A stretch of DNA of 64,000 nucleotides from a virus (IMGVR_UViG_2904541872_000002:1693-65692), one strand, 5' to 3'. Positions 44,466 to 53,325 are shown, counted from the stretch's first letter. Made by a program: numbers and translations. Notes: generated by a model from the sequence alone, not told the origin.

Positions 44466-44899
44466 CGGGTACCGGTCCTTCTGAAGGTCCACGCCACCAT
44501 GGCGGCATCGCGCTCGTGCTGGTTGCTCCGGTCCGACCAGCCGGTCACGATCGCAAAGTTGGCCGCGTTGAGCTTGGCGCCCTTGGCGGCCGGGCTGATG
44601 CCGTGCGCGGGGATGCCGAGGTCGGCGCAGATGGCTGTGATCAGGCTGCACCAGGCATCCACCTGTCCCAGCGAGCGTGCGGTGGCCAGCGCCGCGCCGT
44701 AGTTGTGCTTCTCGCGGGCGTTCCAGGTGCGCTTCTCCAGCCGGCTGTCCTCGAAGATGACGCGCGCCGGCATGTAGTGGCGCAGCTGGTGCTCGATGGT
44801 GTGCGGCTCGATCGTCTTCAGGAACTCGAGCGCGCCACAACTGAAGGCGGCCAGGCCGGTGCTGGCGCCCGGGTCGATGCCGAGAACGTGGACCTTCAC
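44462..44899 (-). CDS. RuvC-like Holliday junction resolvase
   Basis: GTG 44899; VLGIDPGASTGLA, VIFED, HERDAA. Confidence 0.8.
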   Translation of the reverse strand: MKVHVLGIDPGASTGLAAFSCGALEFLKTIEPHTIEHQLRHYMPARVIFEDSRLEKRTWNAREKHNYGAALATARSLGQVDAWCSLITAICADLGIPAHGISPAAKGAKLNAANFAIVTGWSDRSNQHERDAAMVAWTFRRTGTR

Positions 44900-45159
44900 A
44901 GGAGCGCTCCTTGCGACGACGTGCGCAGCTGCTCGAGGCGCACGGCTGCGGCCTTCACCGCCGCGTGGCCGCCCTGCCAGTCCTCGCCCCAGATCGAGCG
45001 CAGCGCGGTCTTGTACTCCTCGCGCAGCGTGCCGTCCTTGCGCGAGCGCCAGTACTCGGGGCCGTTGGCGATGCCTCGGGCCAGGCACTCGCGGCAGTTT
45101 GCGGTGTAGCCCGGCCAGTCGGCTAGCGCCGCGGCCTTGTCGCAGTTCGGGCAGCTCAT
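44896..45159 (-). CDS. Small CxxC-CxxC zinc-binding protein
   Basis: CPNC...CREC, coupled to neighbours. Confidence 0.65.
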   Translation of the reverse strand: MSCPNCDKAAALADWPGYTANCRECLARGIANGPEYWRSRKDGTLREEYKTALRSIWGEDWQGGHAAVKAAAVRLEQLRTSSQGALL

Positions 45160-45887
45160 GCGCGACGCCTTTCCGAATCGTTGGCGGCGTCGAGGCCGGA
45201 GAACGGCGTGGCCTTGTAGTTGCGCCAGCGGTCGCGATTGCGCACGGCCTGCACCGTCGACGCGCTCACGTCCATCTCACGCGCCATCTGCCGATGGCTC
45301 TTGGAGTTGGACAGAATCTCCAGGACCTTGACCTCGTCCAGCTTCGAGTCCTTGCGCTTCGCCAGCGCGATCGCCCGGCGGTGCGCCAGCGTCTTGGGCT
45401 TCCCCTCCTGCTTGTGCCCGCGGCCAACCCGCTTCATGTGCTCGAAACGGATGCAATCGTCCGGGTTCTCGCACGTCATGGTGATCGTGTGCCGGAAGTC
45501 CATCTTCCGCAGATGCAGGCCCCACACCTGTCGGCGCGCAGACCGCTCGCCGCTGCCCCACACGACGTGCACGATGGGGCCGCGCTGCGGGTCGACGTAG
45601 CCCGACCAGCAGAGGCACCCGTTCATCGGGCGGCAGCGTTCGTAGATGTCCTGCAGCTGCTGTGCCTTCGTCGGCTGCCAGGCGGCCGCAGCCAGTAGCT
45701 TGTGGCCGCCGAACTGGACCTTCTTCACAGCGCCGCTGGCGAGCAGGCCTTCGATGATCGGCCGCAGGCGGCGCCGAACGACGGCATCGCGCGAGCCGGC
45801 CAGATCATCCCAGCGGACCGGTTTCGCCCGGATGCGCGCGAACACCTCGTCGGCGTCGAATTGGAAAAGGGGACCGCGCGTCGTCAT
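45156..45887 (-). CDS. His/Cys (HNH-like) domain plus C-terminal HTH protein
   Basis: CLCWSG, MTCENPDDCIRFEHM, KLDEVKV...SHRQMAREMDVSASTVQAVR. Confidence 0.65.
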   Translation of the reverse strand: MTTRGPLFQFDADEVFARIRAKPVRWDDLAGSRDAVVRRRLRPIIEGLLASGAVKKVQFGGHKLLAAAAWQPTKAQQLQDIYERCRPMNGCLCWSGYVDPQRGPIVHVVWGSGERSARRQVWGLHLRKMDFRHTITMTCENPDDCIRFEHMKRVGRGHKQEGKPKTLAHRRAIALAKRKDSKLDEVKVLEILSNSKSHRQMAREMDVSASTVQAVRNRDRWRNYKATPFSGLDAANDSERRRA

Positions 45888-46123
45888 GCCAGTTCGGGCT
45901 CCGGTGCAGGGGTGAAGGCGCCGTCGTTCGCCGGCGCGAGGGATGCGAAGTGGGCAGCGCAGCCAGCCAGGCTGCAGCGCTCGACCGCGCGGTAGGCCGC
46001 GATGCCCGCAGCCGCTTCGGCGTTGAGCTGGCCGGCCTCCTGCAGGCGGGTCTCCGACCAGGCGATGGCGTGCAGGCGGCGCTGGGCGCCGAGCGCGACC
46101 GAGGCCACGTAGCGCAGATTCAT
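45884..46123 (-). CDS. Small hypothetical protein
   Basis: 79 aa with ATGA overlaps on both sides. Confidence 0.55.
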   Translation of the reverse strand: MNLRYVASVALGAQRRLHAIAWSETRLQEAGQLNAEAAAGIAAYRAVERCSLAGCAAHFASLAPANDGAFTPAPEPELA

Positions 46124-47073
46124 GCTGGTTCTCCTTGACGTTGCTCGACCACGCGGCGGACGCGGGCCGTGTACTGCGCGAAGGTCTCGCGAGTGGCGCT
46201 CAGGTCATGCTCGTCCCAACGGCCCAGGCCGAGCTCCTCGCCCTTCGCTTCGATGGTGGTGCGCGAGTCGTCCCAGGGCTTCTGGGGCATGCCGACGCCG
46301 GCGGCGATCGCCGCGGCTTCGCCGAGCTGCCGGCGCACGATGCCCAGCAGGTAGTTGAAGCCCTTCGGCGGCGTGCTCTTGGCGCAGATCTCGGCCGCGG
46401 CCTCGAAGGTCTCGACCGGCACGCCCTTGGCGATCAGCGCGAGCAGCTCCGGGTTCGACGGGCTGACGTCCGCCACCTTCTTCGCCTTGATGGCGCGGCA
46501 GACCTCTCCCGCTTTCGTCGGGCTTTGCCCGCCAACCCCCACCGACGCGGCCGTAGATCCGGGCGGGGGGTTTCTTTCTTCCAATCCGGTACTGGTTCCG
46601 GTTCCGGTTCCGGTGTCGTCTCTCCCGGCGTCGATCCGGGTGTCGTCCTCTTGGCGTCCGACGTCTGTCCCATGGGACATCCCCGCCCTTTCCGCGTCCT
46701 TCCGCTGGCGGTACTCGCGCTTCCGCAGGCGCTCCGTTTCGCGCGCCGCCAGCATCTCGAGAACTCGCTTCGTGACTGTGTCGTGATAGAGGCGGCCGTC
46801 CTCGGCAGCCCACCAGCCGCGCATCAGCCTGGCCCGCACCTTCACGAAAGTCTTCATGGGCATGCCGATGCGAACGGCGATCAGCTCGTCTTCGCTCGGC
46901 AGCGAGCCGCAGGGTTCCTGGCGCCAGGCTGTGACCCAGAGCATCAGCAGCCACGGGCGCACGTCCGCCGGCGCGAGCGCCCAGGTGTCTGATTGCTCGA
47001 TGCGCTCGTGGTCCAGCTCGAAGCGCCAGCCCTTCGCGCGCGTGTCTGCGGGGTATGGAACAGGTCTCGTCAC
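46120..47073 (-). CDS. Replication initiator, YdaU/DUF1376-like
   Basis: GTG 47073; LLMLWVTAWRQEPCGSLPSEDELIA, DGRLYHD; GTGTGT linker; C-terminal helical domain. Confidence 0.8.
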   Translation of the reverse strand: MTRPVPYPADTRAKGWRFELDHERIEQSDTWALAPADVRPWLLMLWVTAWRQEPCGSLPSEDELIAVRIGMPMKTFVKVRARLMRGWWAAEDGRLYHDTVTKRVLEMLAARETERLRKREYRQRKDAERAGMSHGTDVGRQEDDTRIDAGRDDTGTGTGTSTGLEERNPPPGSTAASVGVGGQSPTKAGEVCRAIKAKKVADVSPSNPELLALIAKGVPVETFEAAAEICAKSTPPKGFNYLLGIVRRQLGEAAAIAAGVGMPQKPWDDSRTTIEAKGEELGLGRWDEHDLSATRETFAQYTARVRRVVEQRQGEPA

Positions 47074-47074
47074 G

Positions 47075-47938
47075 TCAGTCCCCGCAGAAGCACGCCAGGG
47101 CTTCCTGGTCGTCCTCGAACATGTCCACCTGATCGGCCGCGTACTGCGCGATCTCTGCGTAGCTCGGGCCGTCCTTGGTGAAGCGGGCACCTCGGCCAGT
47201 GGCTCCAGGGATCAGGGAGCCGTCCTCGGCGCGCACCCACCAGGTGATGGAATAGCGGCCCGCGCGAGCAATGGACAGGCGCTGCGCCGGCGGCTTGTTG
47301 AAGCAGTAGATGCAGTTGCCCTCAAGCGTGCGCCCGTTGTGCGTCACGAGTTCGAGGTCGAAGGGTTGCGACTTCCAGAACGCTCCCACCTCTTGCACGC
47401 TCACGCCGGCGTCGGCAAGGGGCATGCACATCGTCTCGTCCTTGGTCTCGGTGCTGGTGCCGCGCGCGCGAATCTTGGCGACGCGCCGCTGCTCGTCGGC
47501 CCGGATGCCAATGAGCTGGTCCCACTCTGGCCACGCATAGAACGCGCGCAGGTATCGGTGCATGGTGCGGATCTTCAGTTCGCTGGTGCAGAACCGGCTG
47601 ACGGGGTTCGGCAAGAACTTCCGGCGGAGAATCAAGGCCGTGAAGGGCTCGCCCTCCCGCGCCGCCCATCTCGGATCGGTGTACGACCGGAACATGCGGT
47701 CGTCCTCGCCCAGGTACTCCAGCCACACGATGCGCACGTCCCACTCGTAGGAGCACCGGGCCACGAACTGCAACGTCTCTTCGGCCTCGAGGCCAGTATT
47801 CGCAAAGCACACGACCAGCCAGCGCGCGATGTCCTCGCGCGTGTTCGCCTGCAGCACGCGCCACAGCATGTAGGCGCTGGTGCGCCCGCCGCTGAAGCTC
47901 AGGCAGGTGGGGCCGGTCAGCTTGAAGGGGTCGCGCAT
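47075..47938 (-). CDS. PP-loop (PAPS reductase/DndC-like) protein with Cys motifs
   Basis: ATG 47938; LSFSGGRTS, FANTGLE, RFCTSELK, IGIRADE, GNCIYC, CFCGD. Confidence 0.85.
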   Translation of the reverse strand: MRDPFKLTGPTCLSFSGGRTSAYMLWRVLQANTREDIARWLVVCFANTGLEAEETLQFVARCSYEWDVRIVWLEYLGEDDRMFRSYTDPRWAAREGEPFTALILRRKFLPNPVSRFCTSELKIRTMHRYLRAFYAWPEWDQLIGIRADEQRRVAKIRARGTSTETKDETMCMPLADAGVSVQEVGAFWKSQPFDLELVTHNGRTLEGNCIYCFNKPPAQRLSIARAGRYSITWWVRAEDGSLIPGATGRGARFTKDGPSYAEIAQYAADQVDMFEDDQEALACFCGD

Positions 47939-48192
47939 CAGGTCGCGCCCTCCTGAACCAGAACGGTTTCGATGTCCACGCCGTGGTGGCTCGCCTGAAG
48001 CGTCAGCACGCCGCCGAAGCGCTCGTGCAAGTTGGCGGCGATGTCCTCCTGGAAGCCTTTCTTGTGAAGAGCGCACGCCGTCTTGATGTGCTCGACGAAG
48101 ATTCGCTTCCGGGTCTCGATCTCCAGCCTGTAGATGATCGACTCGCCGTTGTTGGGGCAGACCGCAGCAAAGGTGTAGCGATAGACGTTCAA
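47938..48192 (-). CDS. QueF-like small T-fold protein
   Basis: 84 aa; F.AVCP, FVEHI, FQEDIA, HHGVDIET. Confidence 0.65.
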   Translation of the reverse strand: MNVYRYTFAAVCPNNGESIIYRLEIETRKRIFVEHIKTACALHKKGFQEDIAANLHERFGGVLTLQASHHGVDIETVLVQEGAT

Positions 48193-48938
48193 AGCAGTAC
48201 TCCTTGCGACGGCGGCGGCTCGTCAGGAACCATGAAGGTCCAGCGAGCCGGTGCGTTCTGGGACTCGATCCGCGCACGCATGACCTGCGCACGGGCCTCT
48301 TTTGTGGGCGGCGGGTAGGTGCCGCGCCATTTCACGTCTTTGCCGATGTTCTGGCCGATGTTGGTGCTGTCGGCGCTTGCGAACGGCAAGCGCGTGAAGA
48401 CCTCCGGGTTCAGCATGCGCAGCCCGTGCAATTTGCACAGCGGGCGCCCCTCGTCGTCGCAGACCACGCGCAGAGCACGCGCCATCTGCCCCCACCAGGC
48501 GGCCGTGCCAACCGTAGCGAATTCGCCGGAGCTGCCGATGCAGACCCGTGGCCATCCCGCGGCAAGCCGCTCGAGCCGGCCCAGGCTCTCGTGCATATGC
48601 CAGACCGGTGCGCCAAACCAACGGGGCAGTGGCCATTCGGAAAGCAGCGCGTCGTTCGCCGCCTCGTCACCGTCGATCACGTCCGGGATGACCGCGAAAT
48701 CGCAGTGCGGAATCAGCTTGCACTGCTCTGCCCAGGCGTAGTAGGTGCTCCAGTCCTGCACGGGCCGGCCCTGCTTCCACGCGGTGAAGGCGCCGTTGTC
48801 GATCGCCAGCGACTGGCACACCTGCGCCGCGACACCCAGTTGCCCGGGGTGCGCGAAACTGACGAAGGCATGCCCGCAAGCAACGGCCGCCACCGCCGCT
48901 GTGTCCGGTGTGATGGGAAGTCCGTGGTAATGGATCAC
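48189..48938 (-). CDS. TGT/DpdA-like base-exchange TIM-barrel protein
   Basis: GTG 48938; IDNGAF, VIPDVIDG, PVWH, IGSSG, LHGLRML, SADST. Confidence 0.7.
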   Translation of the reverse strand: MIHYHGLPITPDTAAVAAVACGHAFVSFAHPGQLGVAAQVCQSLAIDNGAFTAWKQGRPVQDWSTYYAWAEQCKLIPHCDFAVIPDVIDGDEAANDALLSEWPLPRWFGAPVWHMHESLGRLERLAAGWPRVCIGSSGEFATVGTAAWWGQMARALRVVCDDEGRPLCKLHGLRMLNPEVFTRLPFASADSTNIGQNIGKDVKWRGTYPPPTKEARAQVMRARIESQNAPARWTFMVPDEPPPSQGVLL

Positions 48939-49453
48939 GCATCCACCCCCAGGTACTCGCGCCACGGCACGATACGGCCGTCGACCTTGAACCCCCAGCC
49001 CTGCGAGTCGCCCCAGGTGAAGAACAGCGTGTAGGCCCCGTGCTCCGACACCTCGGTGATGCGATGGCAAACGCTGGGGGCGATCGCCTGCGTGAAGCCG
49101 CGCACGCGCAGCCGCGCGCCGCGGTATTCCTCGCGACGCTCCTCGAGGTAGCCGCCACGCAAGATGATCGAGCGCGCCAGCCACGGGTGGTTGTGCTCGT
49201 GGTCGTCGTCATCCGGGCGCGCGATGTGGTGCACGCGGATGCTCGGCAGCCAGGCCCAGCGCGCCTGCACCCGGCCGCCCTCCTCGTTCTTGCCGTAGGC
49301 GTTGAACAGCCACCAGCGGTCCATGTAGAGGTCATCGCTGTTGCGGCCGGAGATCGGCGTGTACGGTGTGCGCTGCGCGCGGCGGATCAGGTAGTCGGCG
49401 ACCGGGCGGCGCGAGACGATGAAGGCGACAAAGCGCCATAGTGCTTCCTTCAT
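48935..49453 (-). CDS. Cupin-like protein
   Basis: RVHHI...DDDDHEHNHPW...IILRGGYLE...CHRI. Confidence 0.7.
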   Translation of the reverse strand: MKEALWRFVAFIVSRRPVADYLIRRAQRTPYTPISGRNSDDLYMDRWWLFNAYGKNEEGGRVQARWAWLPSIRVHHIARPDDDDHEHNHPWLARSIILRGGYLEERREEYRGARLRVRGFTQAIAPSVCHRITEVSEHGAYTLFFTWGDSQGWGFKVDGRIVPWREYLGVDA

Positions 49454-49842
49454 GCGACCTCCGCGTGGGGATCGTTGGCGGCCGCGGCACGGTGCCGGCC
49501 GGGGGCCTTGGCGTTGCGGAACTCAAAGAGATCGGCGTGTTCAGGGTGCTCGAGGCCGAACAGGCGCGCCAGATACGGCGTGTGCCAGTCGTTGAGCTTC
49601 CAACGGCCCGAGGCCTCATGCAGCGCGGAGTGGTGGCGCAGCACCTCGATGATCGTGCGCGCGCTGTAGTGGCCGTAGCCCTTCGCGATCACGCGGTTGG
49701 TCTCGCGGCAGAAGGCTTCGTAGACGTGCAGGTTGCAGGGCAGGTAGAGCAGGAACTCGGGCGTGAAGATGCCGGCGTGCTGGCGCGCAAGTTCGAGCGG
49801 GTTCACCCGGCGGAACAGGTCGTCGTTGTCGGCTGCAGTCAC
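49450..49842 (-). CDS. Conserved-type phage hypothetical protein
   Basis: 130 aa; HYSARTIIEVLRHH, TPYLARLF. Confidence 0.7.
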   Translation of the reverse strand: MTAADNDDLFRRVNPLELARQHAGIFTPEFLLYLPCNLHVYEAFCRETNRVIAKGYGHYSARTIIEVLRHHSALHEASGRWKLNDWHTPYLARLFGLEHPEHADLFEFRNAKAPGRHRAAAANDPHAEVA

Positions 49843-50156
49843 GCTGCGCGCCCTCCCCGCTCCGCGAATTCCGGGCCCTCAAAAGGCCCTGCCAGTTTGC
49901 GCAGCGCGCCGATACGCTCCTCCTCATGCAACAGCTTCTCCGCCGCCATCGCACGCCAGGTCTTGCCGTAGCAGGTCAGGTAGACGAAGTCGCGCAACAG
50001 GGTGCTGGCGTCCGTACCGCTAAGAGCGCAGTGCTGCCGGAATACCTTGTCAGTCGCCTCGTCAACCTTGGTCTTCAGGTCTTCGGTCAACTTGCCGAGC
50101 GGCCCGGCGATGCCGCGGGCGAAGGCCGGCTCTTGGTCTTGGTCGATGGTGGACAT
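49839..50156 (-). CDS. Ribbon-helix-helix-like regulator (CII position)
   Basis: LTEDLKTKVDEATDKVFRQHC...DASTLLRDFV. Confidence 0.6.
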   Translation of the reverse strand: MSTIDQDQEPAFARGIAGPLGKLTEDLKTKVDEATDKVFRQHCALSGTDASTLLRDFVYLTCYGKTWRAMAAEKLLHEEERIGALRKLAGPFEGPEFAERGGRAA

Positions 50157-50183
50157 CTCGAGTTGATGGTTGGGGTGAGGTGG

Positions 50184-50369
50184 TCAGCCGATCGGCTGGA
50201 GGTCAGCGGCGCGTGCGGCGAAGACGTCGCGGAAGACGACGTGGCGCCAGCAGTCGGGATCAGCCGGAAATGGGTTGGCCAAGGCGAGCTCTTCGCCCCG
50301 CTCGGCCGCGTGCTGGGCGAGTTCGGAGACCTCGGTGTGGCTCAGTGAGGCGAGAGGCTTGACCTGCAT
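50184..50369 (-). CDS. Small hypothetical protein (61 aa)
   Basis: TGATG coupling to Cro; ALANPFP motif. Confidence 0.55.
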   Translation of the reverse strand: MQVKPLASLSHTEVSELAQHAAERGEELALANPFPADPDCWRHVVFRDVFAARAADLQPIG

Positions 50370-50623
50370 CACGCGGTCTCCTTCGCGATGGAGGCGACGT
50401 CGAGCACCGGCCGCCCCTTCGGGTGCGGCCAGGACTTGTCGGGGACACGCAGCCAAGGTGCGTCGGGACGCATCTGTTCGCACACGAAGCGCCCGTTCAT
50501 GGCGCGTTCAATCGTCGGGCAGTGGTGCTCGGGAATCGCCTTCCAGCCGTGCACTGTGGGCACGGAGAGGTGAACCATGCGAGCTACGGCTGTGGGACCG
50601 CCCAGGTCTTGTACGGTGATCAT
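50369..50623 (-). CDS. Cro-like HTH repressor
   Basis: LGGPTAVARMVHLSVPTVHGW, IPEHHCPTIE, CEQMRPD; divergent from CI. Confidence 0.85.
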   Translation of the reverse strand: MITVQDLGGPTAVARMVHLSVPTVHGWKAIPEHHCPTIERAMNGRFVCEQMRPDAPWLRVPDKSWPHPKGRPVLDVASIAKETA

Positions 50624-50630
50624 GCGGGCG

Positions 50631-50696
50631 ATTCTAAGGTGCGCCTAAGATAAAGCACAAGGCACACCTAATAAAAAGATTATTAGGATTGCCTAA
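50631..50696. promoter_or_regulatory. OR-like operator triplet and PR-like promoter
   Basis: TAAGGTGCGCCTAA 50635-48, CAAGGCACACCTAA 50658-71, TTAGGATTGCCTAA 50683-96; minus strand TTGTGC-N18-TAGAAT. Confidence 0.85.
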
Positions 50697-51463
50697 TGAG
50701 TACCCTTCAGCAGCGATTCGCCAAGCTGGCGGCCGAGAGGCCCGACATTTCGCAAGCCGACCTCGCGCGTGCGACGGGCGCCAAGCCGCCTTCCGTGAAC
50801 GCCTGGTTCAGCGGCGAGACGAAGGCGATGAAAGCGGTCACGGCCGCGAAGGCCGCACAGCTCTATGGGTGCAACACCCTTTGGCTTTCCGATGGGCAGG
50901 GCCCAATGTGGCCCCCATCGCGAGTTGTGCCCGTCGAGGGCGCCGGGCCAGACATGGAGGAACCTTCGGACGCGCCAACGCCCAGCGCTCCCGCTCCTCA
51001 CGCCGAGGACGGCGAAATCATCATCTTCCAGTACGACGTCATTGGGGGAATGGACAGTCGGGGAAAGCTACTGCTCGAGGCAGAGCCTCCGGGAATCATC
51101 AAGAGCTGGAGGGTTGATCGCGAGTGGTTGCAGCTCAATGTCCGCTCGTACACCAGCCTCGCGAACCTCTGCATCGTGACCGGCTTCGGCCCCTCAATGA
51201 AGGGCATGTTCAACCCGGGCGACCCGCTGCTGATGGACGTCGGCGTCAACCGGGTTGACCACGAAGGGGTCTACTTCTTTCGGGTTGGGGACGAGGGCTA
51301 CATCAAGATTCTGCAGCGCGTGCCCGAGTTCGACGGGCCGGGCTTCAGGCTCCGGGTGATCTCGAAGAACGAGGACTTCCCGCCCTACGACCTGTCGCCG
51401 AAAAACCCCCACCTCCGGATCATTGGCAAGATCCTCACCGTCTGGAAAAGCGAGCAGTACTGA
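50696..51463 (+). CDS. CI-like repressor (XRE HTH plus S24 peptidase)
   Basis: ISQADLARATGAKPPSVNAWFSG; GFGPSM..MF..GD; YIKIL; leaderless start inside third operator. Confidence 0.95.
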   Translation: MSTLQQRFAKLAAERPDISQADLARATGAKPPSVNAWFSGETKAMKAVTAAKAAQLYGCNTLWLSDGQGPMWPPSRVVPVEGAGPDMEEPSDAPTPSAPAPHAEDGEIIIFQYDVIGGMDSRGKLLLEAEPPGIIKSWRVDREWLQLNVRSYTSLANLCIVTGFGPSMKGMFNPGDPLLMDVGVNRVDHEGVYFFRVGDEGYIKILQRVPEFDGPGFRLRVISKNEDFPPYDLSPKNPHLRIIGKILTVWKSEQY

Positions 51464-51876
51464 TGAGCCAGGCGCGCAGGTTCCAGCTCGCAGCGGCGCT
51501 GTCCCTGCTGTACTCGCTGGTGCTCCCTCAACACGCTGCCGCGTTCAGCGTCGCCTGCAGCCTAGGAGCGAAATGCGTCGAAACGCAGGGCACGAAGATT
51601 CCTTCGAAAAAGGTGCTCGAGATGCTGGAGCACTGCGACGACTTCACGCGGAATGGCGTCGGACGTCAGGTTCTTCGCATGTCGCTCGCCGAGATTCAAG
51701 ACCGCTCTCGAGGGAACATTACCCATCCCATCTTTGCCGCGCACTATGCTTTCGACCAGCTCCGCGACAGCCCGCTCGCGTTCGAACGCAGGGACCGGGT
51801 AGAGGACACCAGCTACGAACAGATCGCGCGGTCATGTGCTCGACTACACGGGGATTTCGAACGCTGGGCAAGGTAA
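51463..51876 (+). CDS. Exported Cys-containing protein co-transcribed with CI
   Basis: Sec-type signal MSQARRFQLAAALSLLYSLVLPQHAAA, four Cys, TGATG coupling to cI. Confidence 0.7.
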   Translation: MSQARRFQLAAALSLLYSLVLPQHAAAFSVACSLGAKCVETQGTKIPSKKVLEMLEHCDDFTRNGVGRQVLRMSLAEIQDRSRGNITHPIFAAHYAFDQLRDSPLAFERRDRVEDTSYEQIARSCARLHGDFERWAR

Positions 51877-51897
51877 CCCACTCCCTCAATAAACGGA

Positions 51898-51921
51898 GCC
51901 CGCCCAGCGCGGGCCTTTTTT
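51898..51921 (+). terminator. Intrinsic terminator of cI operon
   Basis: GCCCGC-CCAGC-GCGGGC then TTTTTT. Confidence 0.8.
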
Positions 51922-51938
51922 CGCCCGCACCAGTCCCG

Positions 51939-52000
51939 TTAGGTGTGCCATGAAAATATTAGGCGCACCTATTGACGATAATATTCGGCACACCTAAGAT
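51939..52000 (+). promoter_or_regulatory. OL-like operator triplet and PL-like promoter
   Basis: TTAGGTGTGCCATG 51939-52, TTAGGCGCACCTAT 51959-72, TTCGGCACACCTAA 51984-97; TTGACG-N17-TAAGAT. Confidence 0.85.
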
Positions 52001-52038
52001 TTGCGCCGCGGCCACCGAATGGCCCGCGAGGAGCGCAA

Positions 52039-52227
52039 ATGCACAACAACCCCGGGCGGGTAGCCCACCCCAAGCCGGCAGCGCCGGCCCCCATCGAGTT
52101 CAGCGAAGAGCAACTGCAGGCGTTTGACCGCGGCTATGCCGCAGCGAAAGACGCCGGCATCCTGCCGCAGCTGCAGGCCGACGCCGCGCTGCGCATGGAC
52201 CTGGCCCACCAGCGAGGTGCGGCATGA
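52039..52227 (+). CDS. Small early protein (62 aa)
   Basis: GAGGAG RBS, first gene after PL-like promoter. Confidence 0.65.
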   Translation: MHNNPGRVAHPKPAAPAPIEFSEEQLQAFDRGYAAAKDAGILPQLQADAALRMDLAHQRGAA

Positions 52228-52346
52228 AGGCGAAGCTGCAGGCCCAGCTGCTGGACATCCAGCGCCAGATCGCCGCGCTGCGGCGCCAGTACGCCGAGGC
52301 ACGCACCGCGCGCGCCATGGCTTCGTTCGGATGGTGCGCAGCATGA
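52224..52346 (+). CDS. Small coiled-coil early protein (40 aa)
   Basis: MKAKLQAQLLDIQRQIAALRRQYAEAR..., ATGA overlaps on both sides. Confidence 0.5.
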   Translation: MKAKLQAQLLDIQRQIAALRRQYAEARTARAMASFGWCAA

Positions 52347-53098
52347 GCCGCCGCATCGACCCCGCCGTGCTCGCGGTCATCGAGCGCGCCGACACCAGCG
52401 GCAACGCGCTGCGCATCGCCGGGCAGCTCGACCGCAAGACCTACGCCGTGGTAAACGGCGTCCTCGAGGCCGCTGGCGGCCGCTGGGACCGCAAGGCCAA
52501 GGCCCACCTGTTCGGCTGCGATGCTGACGACGCCCTCGAGCAGATCCTGCTGACCGGCGAAGTGCTCACGAAGAAGACCCGGCAGCAGGAATTCGGCTTC
52601 TTCGAAACCCCGATCGAAATCGGCCGCATGGCGCTGGATGCTGCAGGCGTGCGGCCGGACATGGTGGTGCTGGAGCCTTCGGCCGGGCACGGCGCTCTCG
52701 CGCGTCTGGTCTGTGCCGCTGGCGCCAGCGTGCACTGCGTCGAAGTCCTCCCGGAGAACGCTCGCGAGCTGACCGCGCAGGGCTTCGAGGTGGAGGAAGC
52801 GGACTTCCTCGCGGCGGCGCCGGCCCCCATCTACGACCGCGTCGTGATGAACCCGCCCTTCGCGAAGCAGGCGGACATCAAGCACGTCACGCACGCGCTG
52901 AAGTTCTTGAAGCCCGGCGGCCGGCTGGTCTCGATCATGTCGAGCGGGTCGACCTTCCGCACCGATCGCCGCACCACCGAGTTCAACGACCTGATCAGTT
53001 CGCTGGGCGGCACCGTCGAGCCGCTGCCCGAAGGCGCGTTCAAGGCATCGGGCACGCTGGTGAACACGATCCTGATCACTGCGGAGGTCCCGGCATGA
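52343..53098 (+). CDS. Orphan N6-adenine DNA methyltransferase
   Basis: FFETP, VLEPSAGHGAL, VVMNPPF, LKPGGRLVSI. Confidence 0.85.
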   Translation: MSRRIDPAVLAVIERADTSGNALRIAGQLDRKTYAVVNGVLEAAGGRWDRKAKAHLFGCDADDALEQILLTGEVLTKKTRQQEFGFFETPIEIGRMALDAAGVRPDMVVLEPSAGHGALARLVCAAGASVHCVEVLPENARELTAQGFEVEEADFLAAAPAPIYDRVVMNPPFAKQADIKHVTHALKFLKPGGRLVSIMSSGSTFRTDRRTTEFNDLISSLGGTVEPLPEGAFKASGTLVNTILITAEVPA

Positions 53099-53325
53099 GC
53101 ACGCCCCGCCCCCTCCCCGCGCCGCTGACCATGAAGCTCCGCACCTCCACGCTTGTACTGGACTACAAGGGCAGCGCCTCCGAAGGCATCGAACTCGCCT
53201 TCGGCGCGCTGTACAGCAAGCCGAAGGCGCGCGCCAAGCTGCTGGCCGCGCTGAACGAGCAGCACCAGAGGCTGCTCGAGCGCGAAATGCAGGCCCAGCC
53301 CACCACAGAAGGTCAGCCGTCGTGA
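53095..53325 (+). CDS. Small early hypothetical protein
   Basis: 76 aa, overlapping start/stop coupling. Confidence 0.55.
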   Translation: MSTPRPLPAPLTMKLRTSTLVLDYKGSASEGIELAFGALYSKPKARAKLLAALNEQHQRLLEREMQAQPTTEGQPS

